DNA of 64,000 nucleotides, from positions 32,860,001 to 32,924,000 of the forward strand of contig OZ038379.1 in NCBI GenBank assembly GCA_964036045.1, read 5' to 3'. Positions 1-11,829 of the stretch are shown in pieces. Below the pieces are notes generated by a model. The model saw only the letters and a list, made by a program, of their open reading frames with translations. It was not told the DNA's origin and made no database searches. The position numbers and the translations under genes are program-made. Each line of letters starts with the position of its first letter. The stretch's first letter is position 1. This DNA comes from Eutreptiella sp. 'Long Island Sound 2002' (taxonomy: Eukaryota; Protista; Euglenida).

Positions 1-430
1 CAGTGCCGCAGTTCCTAGGCGAAGTGGGCAGTGGAACTCCCGCCATACGCTGCTGCCCTGCTCGGGCACAATGGGCTCTGGAACTCCCGCTGCACATTGC
101 CGCACTACCTTGGGGCAGTGGGCAGTGGAAGTCCTGCTGCACACCACTACACTGGCCGTGGGCAGTCGGCAATGGAGCTCCTCCTGCCCAATGCCACAGT
201 GCCTTGGAGAAATGGACAATGGGACTCTTGCAGTACAATGCCGCACTGCATTGGCGCATTGGGCAATGGTACTAATGCAATACACCAACGCACTACGTGG
301 GGGTAGTGGCCAGCGGATCTCCTGCCACATACTACCTTGGGGCAACGGAGCTCCTGCAGTACAATGCCGCACTGCCCGGGGTCAGTGGGCAACGGAACTT
401 CCGCAATACACTGCCACATTGCTCGGAGGC
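1..430. repeat. Degenerate ~45-bp GC-rich hairpin minisatellite (consensus ~GGGGCAGTGGGCAGTGGAACTCCTGCTGCACACTGCCACACTGCCT)
   Basis: Recurrent GGGCAGTGG/GGCAATGG..AACTC..CACTGCC motifs. GGCAGTG and CACTGCC are reverse complements. Overlapping Cys/Trp-rich ORFs in all frames are typical of repeat translation. Confidence 0.8.
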
Positions 431-1159
431 AATTGGCAGTGGAACTCTTGCTGCCTAGAGGTAGTGGAAACACGAAATCATGCAAAACAGTGCCGTGCTG
501 CCAGGTGGCAATGGCTAGTGGAAGTCTTGCTGCACACCACCCTTCAGGAGTTCCGGCGGGAGTCCCCTTGGTGGTCGTGCAACCGCAGCGCCAGGGCGAA
601 AAATAGGTCGCAAGGCTTAGCGACACCGCGGTGCCCCATGTGGGGTAAACCGCAGTGGAGGAGCACCGTGCGGTGACATCTAGAAGAGGAGGGAGGGAAA
701 ACAGTGCGCGACACAAGGACTACCGGGGAGGATCAGGGCCAACCTCCTGCCTCCTGGCCATGAAGCGACATCGCCCATTTTCGTCCCCAGGTCACGTGCG
801 TGACCATGACGCATTTTTTTTATTCACTGGGATGGTGCTATCCCCCAGCCTGGATACCCCAAACTGTGGCGCCGTGCAGCGGTGGACGGCTCTGGGGCCC
901 ACGCTGTGCCGTGTGGCAGCCCCCAGACACCGGGTGTGCGCCGTGGGGGTCCGGGATAGTGCAGCGCTGGGCTTCGGTGGTAGCGAAGCCCAGGGTATTG
1001 TGTCTCGCCGGGAACGAGCAGACAACCAGAATGGGTCGTTGGGAACGAGACCACCACAAGCTGTGATGGCCAGTGCGAAACGGGATGCCGCATTGACTGG
1101 AGATTGGCGGCAGCAGCACTCAATGAACCTGGCGTATGACACCGCCAGCACTGCTTTCG

Positions 1160-1842
1160 GCGGAACTGAAGGTATTGGGCGAATGCCCATGCAGATTTAT
1201 TACCTTTGGCAAAACTGAAGGCATTGGGCATGTGCCCATGCAGAATTTATTACTTTTGGCCGACTTGCAGGCATTGGGCGTGTGTCCTTGCAGAAGCTAT
1301 TGATGTTGGCAGAACTGAAGGCATTGGGCGTGTGCCCATGCAAAATTTGCCACGTTTGGCAGAACTGAAGGGATTGGGCATGTGCCCATGCAGGATTTAT
1401 TATTTTTCGTAGAGCTGGGGGCATTGGGCGTGTGCCCATGCGAGATTTGATTACTTTTGGCACAACTGAAGGCATTGGGTGTGTGTCCATGCAGAATCTA
1501 TTACTTTTGGCACAATTGGGGGCATTGGGTGTGTGCCCATGCAGAATTTATTCCTTTTGAAAGAATTGGGGGCATTGGGTGTGTGCCATGCAAAATTTAT
1601 TACTTTTGGCAGACCTGAAGGCATTGGGCATGTGCCCATGCGGAATTTATTACTTTTGGAAGAACTAAGGGCATTGGGCGCGTGCCCATGCCGAATTCAT
1701 TACTTTTGGTAGAACTGGGGGCATTTGGCGTGTGCCCATGCAGAATTTATTACTTTTGGTAGCACTGAAGGCATTGGGCTTGTGCCCATGCAGAATTTGT
1801 TACTTTTGGCAGAACTAAAGGCATTGGGCTTGTGCCCATGCG
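1160..1842. repeat. 50-bp minisatellite, ~14 copies, each with an internal palindrome TGGGC-N4-GCCCA
   Basis: GCATTGGGC or a close variant recurs at 1221, 1271, 1321, 1371, 1421, 1472, 1522, 1572, 1621, 1671, 1721, 1771 and 1821. Unit ~GGCAGAACTGAAGGCATTGGGCATGTGCCCATGCAGAATTTATTACTTTT. Confidence 0.95.
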
Positions 1843-2024
1843 GAATGTATCAGCGGGGACCCAGGGCAAAGGGGCCGGGGAGCGTGGGGGAGACGAGAGC
1901 GACGCGATGGATGCTTCGCCCGCCGTGGTGCCGTCCAGCCCAGCCCGGCCGGCGCGGCCATATGCGGTGCATCTGGTGGATTCCTCTCCAGGCACTCGGA
2001 CAACGGACACCAGACACCTTCACG

Positions 2025-3610
2025 AGTTCCACTATCCACTGCCCCCGCGGGTGTGGCATAGTAGAGCACCAGTTGCACTGCCCACTCCCCCAAGGCAGTG
2101 GGGCAATGTGTGGCATGAGTCCGGGTGCACAGCGCCCGCATACAAAGCGGCGGTGTATTGCGGAGGGCCCATCGCCCACTGCCCCTAGGCAGTGTGGCAC
2201 CGTATGGCAAAAGCACCACCGCCTGCTATCCGCGGGCGGTATGGCAATGTGCAGCAACAGTTCCACTTCCCAATGTGCGAGGGCACTGTGACAAATTGTT
2301 GCAGCGGTTCCGCTGCCCAGTCCCCCGGGGTAGTGTGGAAGTATGTAGCAAGACACTACCCCAAGGCCATGCGGCACTGTGAGGTAGGAATTCCGCTGCC
2401 CACTGTCCCAAGGCGTTGCGGCAGTGTGTGGCAGGACCGAGTGGTAGCTTTAGTGCCACACTGCCCCTGGGGAGCGGGCAGTGGAACTCTTGCGACACAC
2501 TACCTCAATCCCAAGTGGCAGTGGGCAGTGGGACTCCTGCCACACTGCCTTGGGTCTGTGGGCAAGGACACTCGTGCCTCACACTGCCACAATGCCCTGG
2601 GGTAGTGGACAATGGAACTCTTGCTGCACGTACACCGCCACACTGCCCCGGTGCACTGCGCACTGGAAATGTTGCACACACTATCACACTGCCCTGAGAC
2701 ACTACGAAGAGGAACTTTTGCAGCACACTGCCACACTGCCCGGGAGCAGTGGGCCGTGGAACTCTTGCTGAACACTGCCACATTGCCCCTATGGAGTGGG
2801 TGGTGGAAATCTTGCTGCACACCAACACACTGCCTATGGCGCATTGGGCAATGGGACTCCTGCAATCCATCGCCGGACTACCCAGGAGCCGTGGGCACGG
2901 GAACCCGTGTAGTGGATTGCTGCATTGCTGAGGCACAAGGGGCAATGGGACTCGTGCAATACACCACCGCAATGCTTGGAGGTATTGCGTGGTGGATCTC
3001 TTGGGCCCCACTGCATTGGGGCACCGGAGCTCATGCAATACGTGCCGCACTGCTTGTGGGCAATGGGCAGTGGAACTGTTGCTGCACACTGCCACACTGC
3101 CTAGGGGACAGTTGGCATTGAAACTCGTGTAGCACATTGCCAGATTGCCCAAGGGCAGGGGGCAGTGGAAAGCCTGCCGCACACTGCCCCAATGCCTAGA
3201 ATCAGTGGGCCATGGAACTCCTCCTGCACACTGCCAGAGTGGCTAGGCGCAGTGGGCCGTGGGAGTCCCGCAATACACCACTACCTTGCTCGGGGCCACT
3301 GGGACATGGATCTCCCGCTGCACATTGCCGCACTACCTTGGGGCAGTGGGCGGTGGAACTCTTGCCCGATACCACCACACTGGCTACAGGCAGTCGGCAA
3401 TGGAGCTCCTCGTGCCCATTGCCACGATGCCTTGGGGCAGTGGGCAATGGGACTCTTGTAGTGCGTTGCCGCACTGCATGGGCGTAGTGGGCAATGGTCC
3501 ACACACCACCCTCAGGCAGTGGAGCCTGCTCTTGCAATACAATGCCGCACTGCCCAGGGGCAGTGGGCAATGGAACTCCCGCGATACACTGCCACATTGC
3601 TTGGGGGAAC
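2025..3610. repeat. Hairpin minisatellite block, same family as 1-430; reverse-oriented units ~2025-2410, then forward units
   Basis: GAGTTCCACT/AATTCCGCTGCCCACTG (reverse complement of the consensus) occur up to ~2410. GGGCAGTGGAACTC-type units run from ~2470 to 3610. Confidence 0.8.
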
Positions 3611-3619
3611 ACTCATCCC

Positions 3620-4790
3620 ATCCCGTAGCATGTGTTGTATTGCAGTCACATATGTGGACTTGGTGTAATCCTATGCTACCCATTTGGACACATGTCACCA
3701 TTTTGAGGATGCCTTGTTTCTTTTCTAGTCCTTTGGCATCCTTGAGAATAATTTCCGTGCCGCCGCATCCATCTTACCGAGCATGTGGTCATCTACAACA
3801 TGCACCAGTATTGCCAAGCCGGAAGAAGCATGAGAGGGACATCTTTTCCCAAGGATTGAGTGGGAGCCCGTGGGAGGATGTGAGGTCAGTGTCCACCGTC
3901 TGAAGCGCCGATTGCCTGGGTAGCTTTTGGTATGCAATGTGGGCGATGTGGTGGCCAAGGTACATAAGCACCAGTATGCCCTGTAAAGAGTGCTTGATGG
4001 CATTCATAGCCTAGTGATAGATTGGTGTATTTTTGGCGTTTGGGATGATGTCTTGGATGGCATGTATGGTGTCGTGCATTTGTTGCCTTGTTCTTGTCGT
4101 GACCGCGATGTCCCCCACGTACACAAAGAGGTGGGCGGGGGGTGCTCGGTCTTGCAACTGGTGGATGAATATCTCGTAGGCGAGCATGAAGAGGTGCGGG
4201 AACGTGAGAGAACCTTCCTCCATGGGTAGTAGGTGACGTCAGCTTGTGGGTGGTGATACACCAATTTCCCTTGGTGGTATACTTGCTGAATCATGTCCAA
4301 GATGTTGTGGGGTATCCCTTATTGCTATAGCGCGCTGAACAACAAGGAGTGATGGACACCAAGGAATGCCTCAACGGCAGGGTGTATCCTTCCCCAATAT
4401 GATCTAATGTGTGTGTGATCATGGCGGCTTGCATGGTGCCTTCCCTCCCGGGGAAAATGTACCGGCGACGGCTGGTCTCAGTCGGGTCTCAATCTATGTA
4501 ACAGTAGTTTCGTGAGGAGCCGTAGAACGCAGTGGTCACTGATATTGGGTGATATTTGGCGGTGTCCTAGACCACGCACTTTTAGAAGAGCCTCATAGTG
4601 CAAACCGACAGTTACGGTTCTGGTATTCGGGCTCCTTGCCAATGGACGGTTGTGTGGATGTACAAGTCTCAGCTGAGCACATCCGGGAGTATGTGCATTG
4701 ACGGGGGCGGGACTCTATTGTCGCCTGTGGATTTTTCATGGGGCTTGTGGAGAGCATGAAGGAATGCACCAGGTTGGTGACATGGAAGCC
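3620..4790 (-). mobile_element. Decayed non-LTR (LINE) retrotransposon reverse-transcriptase fragment
   Basis: Collinear minus-strand motifs with stops and frameshifts: YHPISVTTAFY/RLLTKLLLHRLRP (~4560-4480; YRPISL..YKLLTKIL.RL-like), AFLGVHHSLLFSAL*Q*GIPHNILDMIQQVY (~4370-4275; AFD motif), GSLTFPHLFMLAY then LFVYVGDIAV (ORF 4011-4223; YxDD mutated to YVGD), and MYLGHH (ORF 3789-4007). Confidence 0.75.
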
Positions 4791-4791
4791 A

Positions 4792-4810
4792 TGTGTGTGT
4801 GTGTGTGTGT

Positions 4811-4846
<36 letters not shown>
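4792..4846. repeat. (GT)n microsatellite
   Basis: About 27 GT units with one interruption. Confidence 0.98.
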
Positions 4847-4848
<2 letters not shown>

Positions 4849-4869
4849 GTGAGTGTGCGCGCGTGCATA

Positions 4870-7800
4870 GCATGCATGCATAGCAGGAGTTCCACTGCCC
4901 ACCGACCTAGGCAGTGAAGCAGTGCATTGCACGAGTTCCGGACCCCACTGCCCCCAAGCAGTGAGGCAGTGCATTGCAGGAGTTGCACCGCCGGCTGCCC
5001 CCAAGCAATGGGGCAGTGTGGTGTAGGACTTCCACTTCCCACTGCCCCTAGGCATTGAGGCAGTGAATAGCAGGAGCCTGGGGTAGTGGGAAGTGCAACT
5101 CCTGCAAGACACTGCACCCAAGCCGTGCAACTCCTGCAACGCCTTGCCTAACCCCATGGGGGCAGTTGGCGGTGCAACTCCTAGAATGCGCGGGCCCACC
5201 AGCTAGGGGGACGGGGAGTCCTTCCCAAGAGGCGGTCGCTGCCTAAAGAGCGGTACTCGTGCAATGCACTGCCTCACTCCCCGCGGGCAGTGGGCACTGC
5301 AACTCCTGCAATACTTTTCCTCACTGCCGGGGGGCTGTGGGCGATGCAACTCGTGCAAGGCACTGCCACACCACCTCGGGGTGGTGGGCGGTGGAACTTG
5401 TGCAATATGTCGGCCCACTAGCTGGGCGGACGGGGAATCCTGCCTAGGAGGCAGTTGCTGCCTAAAGAGCGGAACTCCTGCAATGCACTGCCTCACTGCC
5501 TGGGGGCAGTGGGCAGTGCAACTCGCGCAATGCACTGCCAGACTGCCTGGGGGTAGTGGACAGTGGAACTCCTGCAATGCACTACCTCACTTCCCGGGGG
5601 GTAGTGGGTAGTGCAAATCCTGCACTACACTGCCTCACTGTGTGGTGGCAGTGGGCGGTGGAAATCCTACACCGCACTGCCTCGCTGCTTGGGGGCAGTG
5701 GGCAGTGCAGCTTTTGCAATGCACTGCCACACCGCCTAGGAGCGGTGGGCAGTGGAGCTCCTGCTATGCACTGCCTCACTACCTCGGGGCAGTGGACGGG
5801 AAACTCATGCAATACACTGCCTCACTGCCTGAGGATAGTGGGCAGTGCAACTCGTGCAATGCACTGCCACACCGCTTGGGGCGGTGGGCAATGGAACTCC
5901 TACAATGCGCGGGCCCAACAGCTGAGGGCAGTGGACAATGCAACTCCTGCAATGCACTGCCACACTGCCTGAGCGCACAGGGCAGTGGGACTCATGTCAT
6001 GCGCTGCCTCACTGCCTGGGGGCAGTGGGCAATGCGGCTTCTGCAATACACTGCCATACTCACTGGGGGCGGTGGGCAGTGGAACTCCTGCAACGCACTA
6101 CCTCACTGCCTGGGGCTAGTGGGCAGTGGAACTCCCACAATGCATTGCCTCACTGCTTGGGGCTAGTGGTCAGTGCAACTCCTGCAATGCACTGCCTCAC
6201 TGTTTGGGGGCAGTGGGCATTGGAGCTCCTGCAATTCAGTGCCTCACCGCCTAGGGGTAGTGGGCAGTGCAACTCGTGCAATGCAGTGGCACACTGCCTG
6301 GGGGCGGTGGGCAGTGGCACTCCTGCAATGCGCGGGTCCATCGGTTGGGCAGACGGGGAGTCGTGCCAAGGGGCTGATCGCTGCCTAAAGAGCAGAACTC
6401 CTGCAATGCACTGCCACACAGCCTTGAGGCAGTGGGCAATGGAACTCCTGCAACATGCTGCCTCTCTGCACGGGGGCAGCGGGCAGTAGAACTCCTGCGA
6501 TGCACTCCCTCACCGCCTAGGCGCAGTGGGCAGTGCAACTCCTGCAATACAATGCCTCATTGCCTAGGGGTAGTGGGCATTGGAAATCGTGCAACGCACT
6601 GCCTCAACGCCTGGGGGCAGTGGGCAGTGCAACTCCTTCAATGCACTGCCACACCGACTGGGGACGGTGGGCAGCGGATTTCGTGCGGTGCGCGGGCCCA
6701 CCAGCTTGGGGGGACAGGGAGGCCTGCCCAGGAGGCGGTGCTTGTGCAATGCACGGCCACACTGCCTGGCGGCAGTGGGCGGTGCAACACCTGCGATGCA
6801 CTGCCTCGCTGCCTAGGGGCAGAGGGCAGTGGACTTTCGGCAATGCACTGCTTCACTGCCTAGAAGCAATGGGCAGTGCAACTCCTCCAATGCACTGCCT
6901 CACCGCCCGGTGGCAGTGGGCAGTAGAATTCTTGCAACGCACTGCCTCACCGCCCACAGGCAGTGGGCGGTGCAACTCGTGAAACACAATGCCACATTGC
7001 CCAGGGGCAGTGGGCAATGCAACTCCTGCAATACGCTGCCTCACTACCTAGGGGCAGTGGGCAGTGCAAATCCTTCAATGCACTGCCACACCGACTGGGG
7101 ACGGTGGGCAGCGGATTTCGTGCGGTGCGCGGGCCCACCAGCTTGGGGGGACAGGGAGGCCTGCCCAGGAGACGGTACTTGTGCAATGCACGGCCACACT
7201 GCCTGGCGGCAGTGGGCGGTGCAACACCTGCGATGCACTGCCTCGCTGCCTAGGGGCAGAGGGCAGTGGACTTTCGGCAATGCACTGCTTCACTGCCTAG
7301 AAGCAGTGGGCAGTGCAACTCCTGCAATGCACTGCCTCACCGCCCGGTGGCAGTGGGCAGTAGAATTCTTGCAACGCACTGCCTCACCGCCCACAGGCAG
7401 TGGGCGGTGCAACTCGTGAAACACAATGCCACATTGCCCAGGGGCAGTGGGCAATGCAACTCCTGCAATACGCTGCCTCACTACCTAGGGGCAGTGGGCA
7501 GTGCAAATCCTGAAGTGCACTGCCACACCGCTTGGGGGCGATGGGCAGTGCGGGCCCACCAGCTGCGGGGACGGGGAGTCCTACTAGAATGCGGTCACTG
7601 TCTATGGAGCGCCTGCGGGGGGCGGCAGCCCCCATGGGCGCGTGCCCACGAGTTGGGGGGACGGGGAGTCCTGCCCAAGAGGTGGTCGCTGCTTATGGGG
7701 CACCTGTGGGGGACAACAGCCCCCATCGGCGCAGACCCACTAGCTTGGGGGTCGGGGAGTCCTGCCCAGGCGGCCGTCGCTGCCTATGAAGTGCATGCGG

Positions 7801-7960
7801 GTGACGGCAGCCCCCGCGGCCACGGCCCACCAACTGGGGGGACGGGGAGTCCTGCCCAGGAGGCGGTCGCTGCCTACGGAGCGCCTACGGGGGACGGCAG
7901 CTCCCAGTGGCCGGGTTTGGCTGCCGTAACCGCTTGGGGGTCCAATGCAGCGCCACACAG
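4870..7960. repeat. Hairpin minisatellite block (subfamily GGGGCAGTGGGCAGTGCAACTCCTGCAATGCACTGCCTCACTGCCT) with interspersed GGGGACGGGGAGTCCTGCCCA modules
   Basis: Reverse units at 4870-5075 and forward units at 5080-7520. The second module occurs at ~5205, 5430, 6350, 6710 and clustered at 7560-7900. Confidence 0.85.
6634..7510. repeat. Recent 437-bp tandem duplication inside the minisatellite block
   Basis: TCCTTCAATGCACTGCCACACCGACTGGGGACGG at 6634 and 7071. The two copies are near-identical over their length, giving duplicated ORFs in the track. Confidence 0.92.
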
Positions 7961-8079
7961 CGTGAGCACACCAGTGCTCGATGTCTCAATGTGAACATCC
8001 CCAACTCCTAGTACCGCCCTTGCAATGCACTGCAAGTGCTGCAAACACTCTTCTTGGTAAGACGCCGTAACCTCCGAGT

Positions 8080-9541
8080 AAGAGTGGCTCTTGTGGTCGT
8101 GCACAGCCCGCTCAAATGCCCCAATGGCTTGCAACATTAAATTAAATATGAAATTAAAAGACGAAAATGGGACCAGTAAGTGCCTGCAACCCCCACCAGT
8201 AAGTCACTTTCAGGTCGGAAAGTCAATCTAGTAAGCCCTATGTGAGCCCCAGTAAGTACCCACTTTGAGGTCTTAAACCCAGACTGGGACTCCACTTGCT
8301 GGTTTGACTTTCATATCTCAAAACTTAGTTCTGTAACCCCTTTCACGGTGACTGTCTGGTCCGTCTTTCCACAGCGAAAATTTTGTTCATTTCACCATGC
8401 AACCTTGCACCGGTGCACACAGGGGCACACGGGCCTCACAGGCAAACCCGTCATCGGGGCTCACATGACTGTACTGTATTGTACTGCACTGCACTGCACT
8501 GCACTATACTATACTGTACTGCACCGCATTGGACTGCATTGTACTGTACTATACTGTACTATACTGTACTATACTGTACTATACTGCACTGCACTGTACT
8601 TTTACTGTATTGTACTGTAGTGCACTGCACTGCACCGCACTGTATTGTACTGCATTGGACCGTACTGTATTGTACTGTACTGTACTGCACTGTACTGTAC
8701 TGTACTGCACTGTACTGTACTGTTCTATACTGTACTGTACTATAATGTACTGCACTGCACTGCACTGTACTGTACTGTAGTGTACTGCATTGGCCTGGAC
8801 TGGACTGGACTGTAGTGTACCGCACTCTACTTTTCTTGTAGTGTACTTGCATGTACTGTGCTTCTACTGTACTCTACTGTATTGTATTGTATTGTAGTGT
8901 ATTGTACTGCACTGTACTGTGCTGTACTGTACTGTACTATATTGCACTGTGCTGTATTGTTTTGTGCTGTACCGAATGTATGTATACTTATGTATGTATG
9001 CATGTATTGTGTTGTGATGTGCTGTGCTGTGATGTGATGTGATGTGCTGTGCTGTGCTGTGCTGTGCTCTGGTGTGCTATGTTGTGTTGTGTTGTGTTAT
9101 GCTGCAGATATCGCATTAGCGGCGGTCACTACTGCACGACCACACCAAACATTTTGGCGACCGCCGCACGACCACCGCAAGCTTTGCCGGGGTGGATCAT
9201 ACAAAGAACACCCACAAAGGGGTGGTGAACTTGCCCAAAGCAGCTCCAAAACTGTGCAACTGTCCGGGCCAGAAAGTCACCATAAAGGGGATTACAGACC
9301 TGGGTTTCAGACCCAAAAGTCAAACCAGTAAGTGGGTTTCCGCTCTTGGTTTAGGACCTGAAAGTGGGTACTTACTGGGGCCATATAGGGGGTTACTGGT
9401 TTGACTTTCTGACCTAAAAGTGGCTTTTTGGTGGACGTTGCAGGTACCTACTGGTCCCATTTTTGTGTTTTAATTTCACCCAATGTTGAAAGCCATTGAA
9501 GCATTGGAGCGGGCCGTGCACCACCACCAGAGCCACTCGCA
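8080..9541. repeat. Inverted-repeat pair (arms ~8080-8362 and ~9262-9541) enclosing a pentamer microsatellite
   Basis: The reverse complement of 9262-9541 aligns along 8080-8362. Example blocks are GAGTGGCTC, AAAATGGGACCAGTA, GCCCCAGTAAGTACCCACTTT and CTGGTTTGACTTT. Identity is roughly 75% by eye. Confidence 0.85.
8468..9100. repeat. Compound pentamer microsatellite (GTACT/GCACT/ATACT)n grading into (GTGCT/GTGAT/GTGTT)n
   Basis: Directly visible 5-bp periodicity; source of the LYCTV-type spurious ORFs. Confidence 0.97.
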
Positions 9542-9559
9542 TTGTGGCGGTATAGGGTG

Positions 9560-10990
9560 CGGCAATGTGGGTGGTTAGGGTAATGCACTGTGGGGGGACA
9601 GGGTGATGCCCTATGGGGGGCTAGGCTAATGCATTGTTGGGGAAATGGTGATGCACTACACGGGGATAGGGTGATGCACTTTGAGGGGATAGGGTGATGC
9701 ACTGTGGGAGGCTAGGGTGATGCACTGTAAGGGGATAGGGTGGTGCAGTGTCGAGGGATATGGTGATGCATTGTGGGGGGATATGGTGATGTACTAGTGG
9801 TGGGATAGGGTGATGCACTAGTGGGGGATAGGATGATGCGGTGTAGGGCGTAAGGGTGATGCAGTGTGTGGGGATAGGGTGATGCACTGCATGGGGATAG
9901 GATGATTCAATGTGGGGGGGTAGGGTGATGCAGTGTGGGGGGAATGGGGTGATGCACTATGGGGGGATAGGGTGACGCTCTGTCGGGGGGATAGGGTGGT
10001 CCACTGTGGGGGTATAGGGTGATACATTGTGGGGGGATAGTGTGATGCACTATAGGGTGATAGTGTGATGCACCGTGGACAGGGTGATGCAATGTGGATA
10101 GGGTGATGTAATGCGGGGGGATAGTGTGATGCATTGTCGGGGAATAGGGTGATGCATTGTGGGGCGATAGGGTCTTGCAATGTGGGGGCGTAGGGTGATA
10201 CATTGTGGGGGGTTAGGGTGTTGCATTGCGGGGAGACAGTGTGATGCATTATGGGGGGATAGGCTAATGCTCTTGAGGGGCACAGGGTGCTGCATTGTGC
10301 GGGGATGGGGTGATGCACTGCATGGGGATAGGATGATTCAATGTGGGGGGGTAGGGTGATGCAGTGTGGGGGGAATGGGGTGATGCACTATGGGGGGATA
10401 GGGTGACGCTCTGTCGGGGGAATAGGGTGGTGCACTGTTGGGGGATAGGGTGATACATTGTGGGGGGATAGTGTGATGCACTATAGGGTGATAGTGTGAT
10501 GCACCGTGGACAGGGTGATGCAATGTGGATAGGGTGATGTAATGCGGGGGGATAGTGTGATGCATTGTTGGGGAATAGGGTGATGCATTGTGGGGCGATA
10601 GGGTGATGCACTATAGGGGGATAGTGTGATACATTGTGGGGGGTTAGGGTGTTGCATTGTGGGGAGACAGTGTGATGCATTATGGGGGGATAGGCTAATG
10701 CTCTTGAGGGGCACAGGGTGCTGCATTGTGCGGGGATGGGGTGATGCATTGTGGGGGGATAGGGTGATGCACTATAGGGGGATAGTGTGATGCACCGTGG
10801 ATAGGGTATTGCACCGTGGATAGGATCATGCAATGTGTGGGCTTAGGGTGATGCAGTGTGGGGGGATAGTGTCGTGCACTTTCGGCGGATAGGGTGATGC
10901 TCTCTCGGGTGATAGGGTGATCCATTGTGGGGGGATAGTGTGATGCACTATGGGGGGATGGGGTGATGCACTGTAGGGGGATAGCGGGAT
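9560..10990. repeat. G-rich ~20-25-bp minisatellite (GGGGGATAGGGTGATGCACTGT) containing a 431-bp tandem duplication
   Basis: TAGGGTGATGCA recurs throughout. ATGGGGATAGGATGATTCAATG occurs at 9891 and 10322 (period 431). Confidence 0.93.
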
Positions 10991-11106
10991 GCACTTCATG
11001 GTCTTCCTCCGTTGCACCGCCAAACCCTCGATCCGTTGTCTCCGTTTTGGAACACCACCCACCAAAGGCGATGGTACAAATGTAGGGGCCACCCTTCACC
11101 GCACAC

Positions 11107-11250
11107 CTCCCGGCGCTTTGGGGGCCACAAAAGCATTGAATTCCTCTGGATTCTTCAGCCGTGGGATCTCCGGTACGAGCACACGCTTTGCAAAGGCCTT
11201 CCACGCCGGCAACTCCCGGATGCCTTTGTACTCGTACATCTCATTGTTCA
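11107..11250 (-). CDS. Exon 2 of the PDI-family (TMX3-like) thioredoxin-domain gene
   Basis: Acceptor CTCCGCTTTGCAG|TG and donor GGAG|GTGTGC; 144 nt, phase 1-1. Encodes (V)NNEMYEYKGIRELPAWKAFAKRVLVPEIPRLKNPEEFNAFVAPKAPG, which completes the thioredoxin fold (Y.G.R motif) begun in exon 1. Confidence 0.8.
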
Positions 11251-11829
11251 CTGCAAAGCGGAGCAGGTGGTGGAACAGTACATGGGTTAGGGGGGTATAC
11301 CATTGCAGGCCTTCGTGAGGCCAAGCAGGCCTGATGCATGGCCAAACCCAGAGTACAGAATGAATGTCTCATGCTAACAGCTTCACAGCTTTTTCACACA
11401 TACTGCATGAAAACCACATGTCTGAAACCCATGGCTGATGATCTTTTGCGGCCGCCGCCCCTAAAATGCGGTGCCTGAAGTGGAAATGGAAGTGGAAGAC
11501 AAACAGAAAAAAACCTCCGAGCTCTGTGTGTCTGTGTGCTCACAGAAAATGGGAAAATGGTTGCAGAAAGCCTGACTAAAGCACCAAAAGCAACTGTTGT
11601 TAGGTGTGTCTCTCAAAGTGAACTCGTTCCCGGGGTTGCTGATGGTGCTTAAAAACATTTTTTTGCGGTTTCTTGGCACCTTTTCAGTTGCTGCTACCGC
11701 TTTTGTTGTTCTGTTTTTCTTTCTTTTCCTTCTAAGAAGGACAAGAGCCAGAAGGGGAAACTATTGGGAATTCTTGATTCCCAGTTTTGAACACAATGCA
11801 CCATACCTCATGCTAGCGTCCGTTTTTCC

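Noticed and set aside
792-1160. VLAVSYARFIECC... as PDI exon 3 (a phase-1 AG is available)
   Set aside because: The acceptor lies at the edge of the 50-bp minisatellite and the peptide has no recognisable similarity; unsupported without RNA data.
1160-1842. CRISPR array (regular palindromic repeats)
   Set aside because: The sequence between palindromes is itself repeated rather than unique spacers; there are no cas genes and the context is eukaryotic.
7874-8137. ORF MLQAIGAFERAVHDHK... as PDI exon 3
   Set aside because: Its start lies in the left arm of the inverted repeat, which has a homologous copy at ~9480-9541, and it has no thioredoxin-like features.
1-11000. Dozens of Cys/His/Trp-rich ORFs (e.g. 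LYCTV, HHPIP, GSGQCNS repeats) as metal-binding proteins
   Set aside because: They occur in all six frames over micro- and minisatellites; these are translation artefacts.
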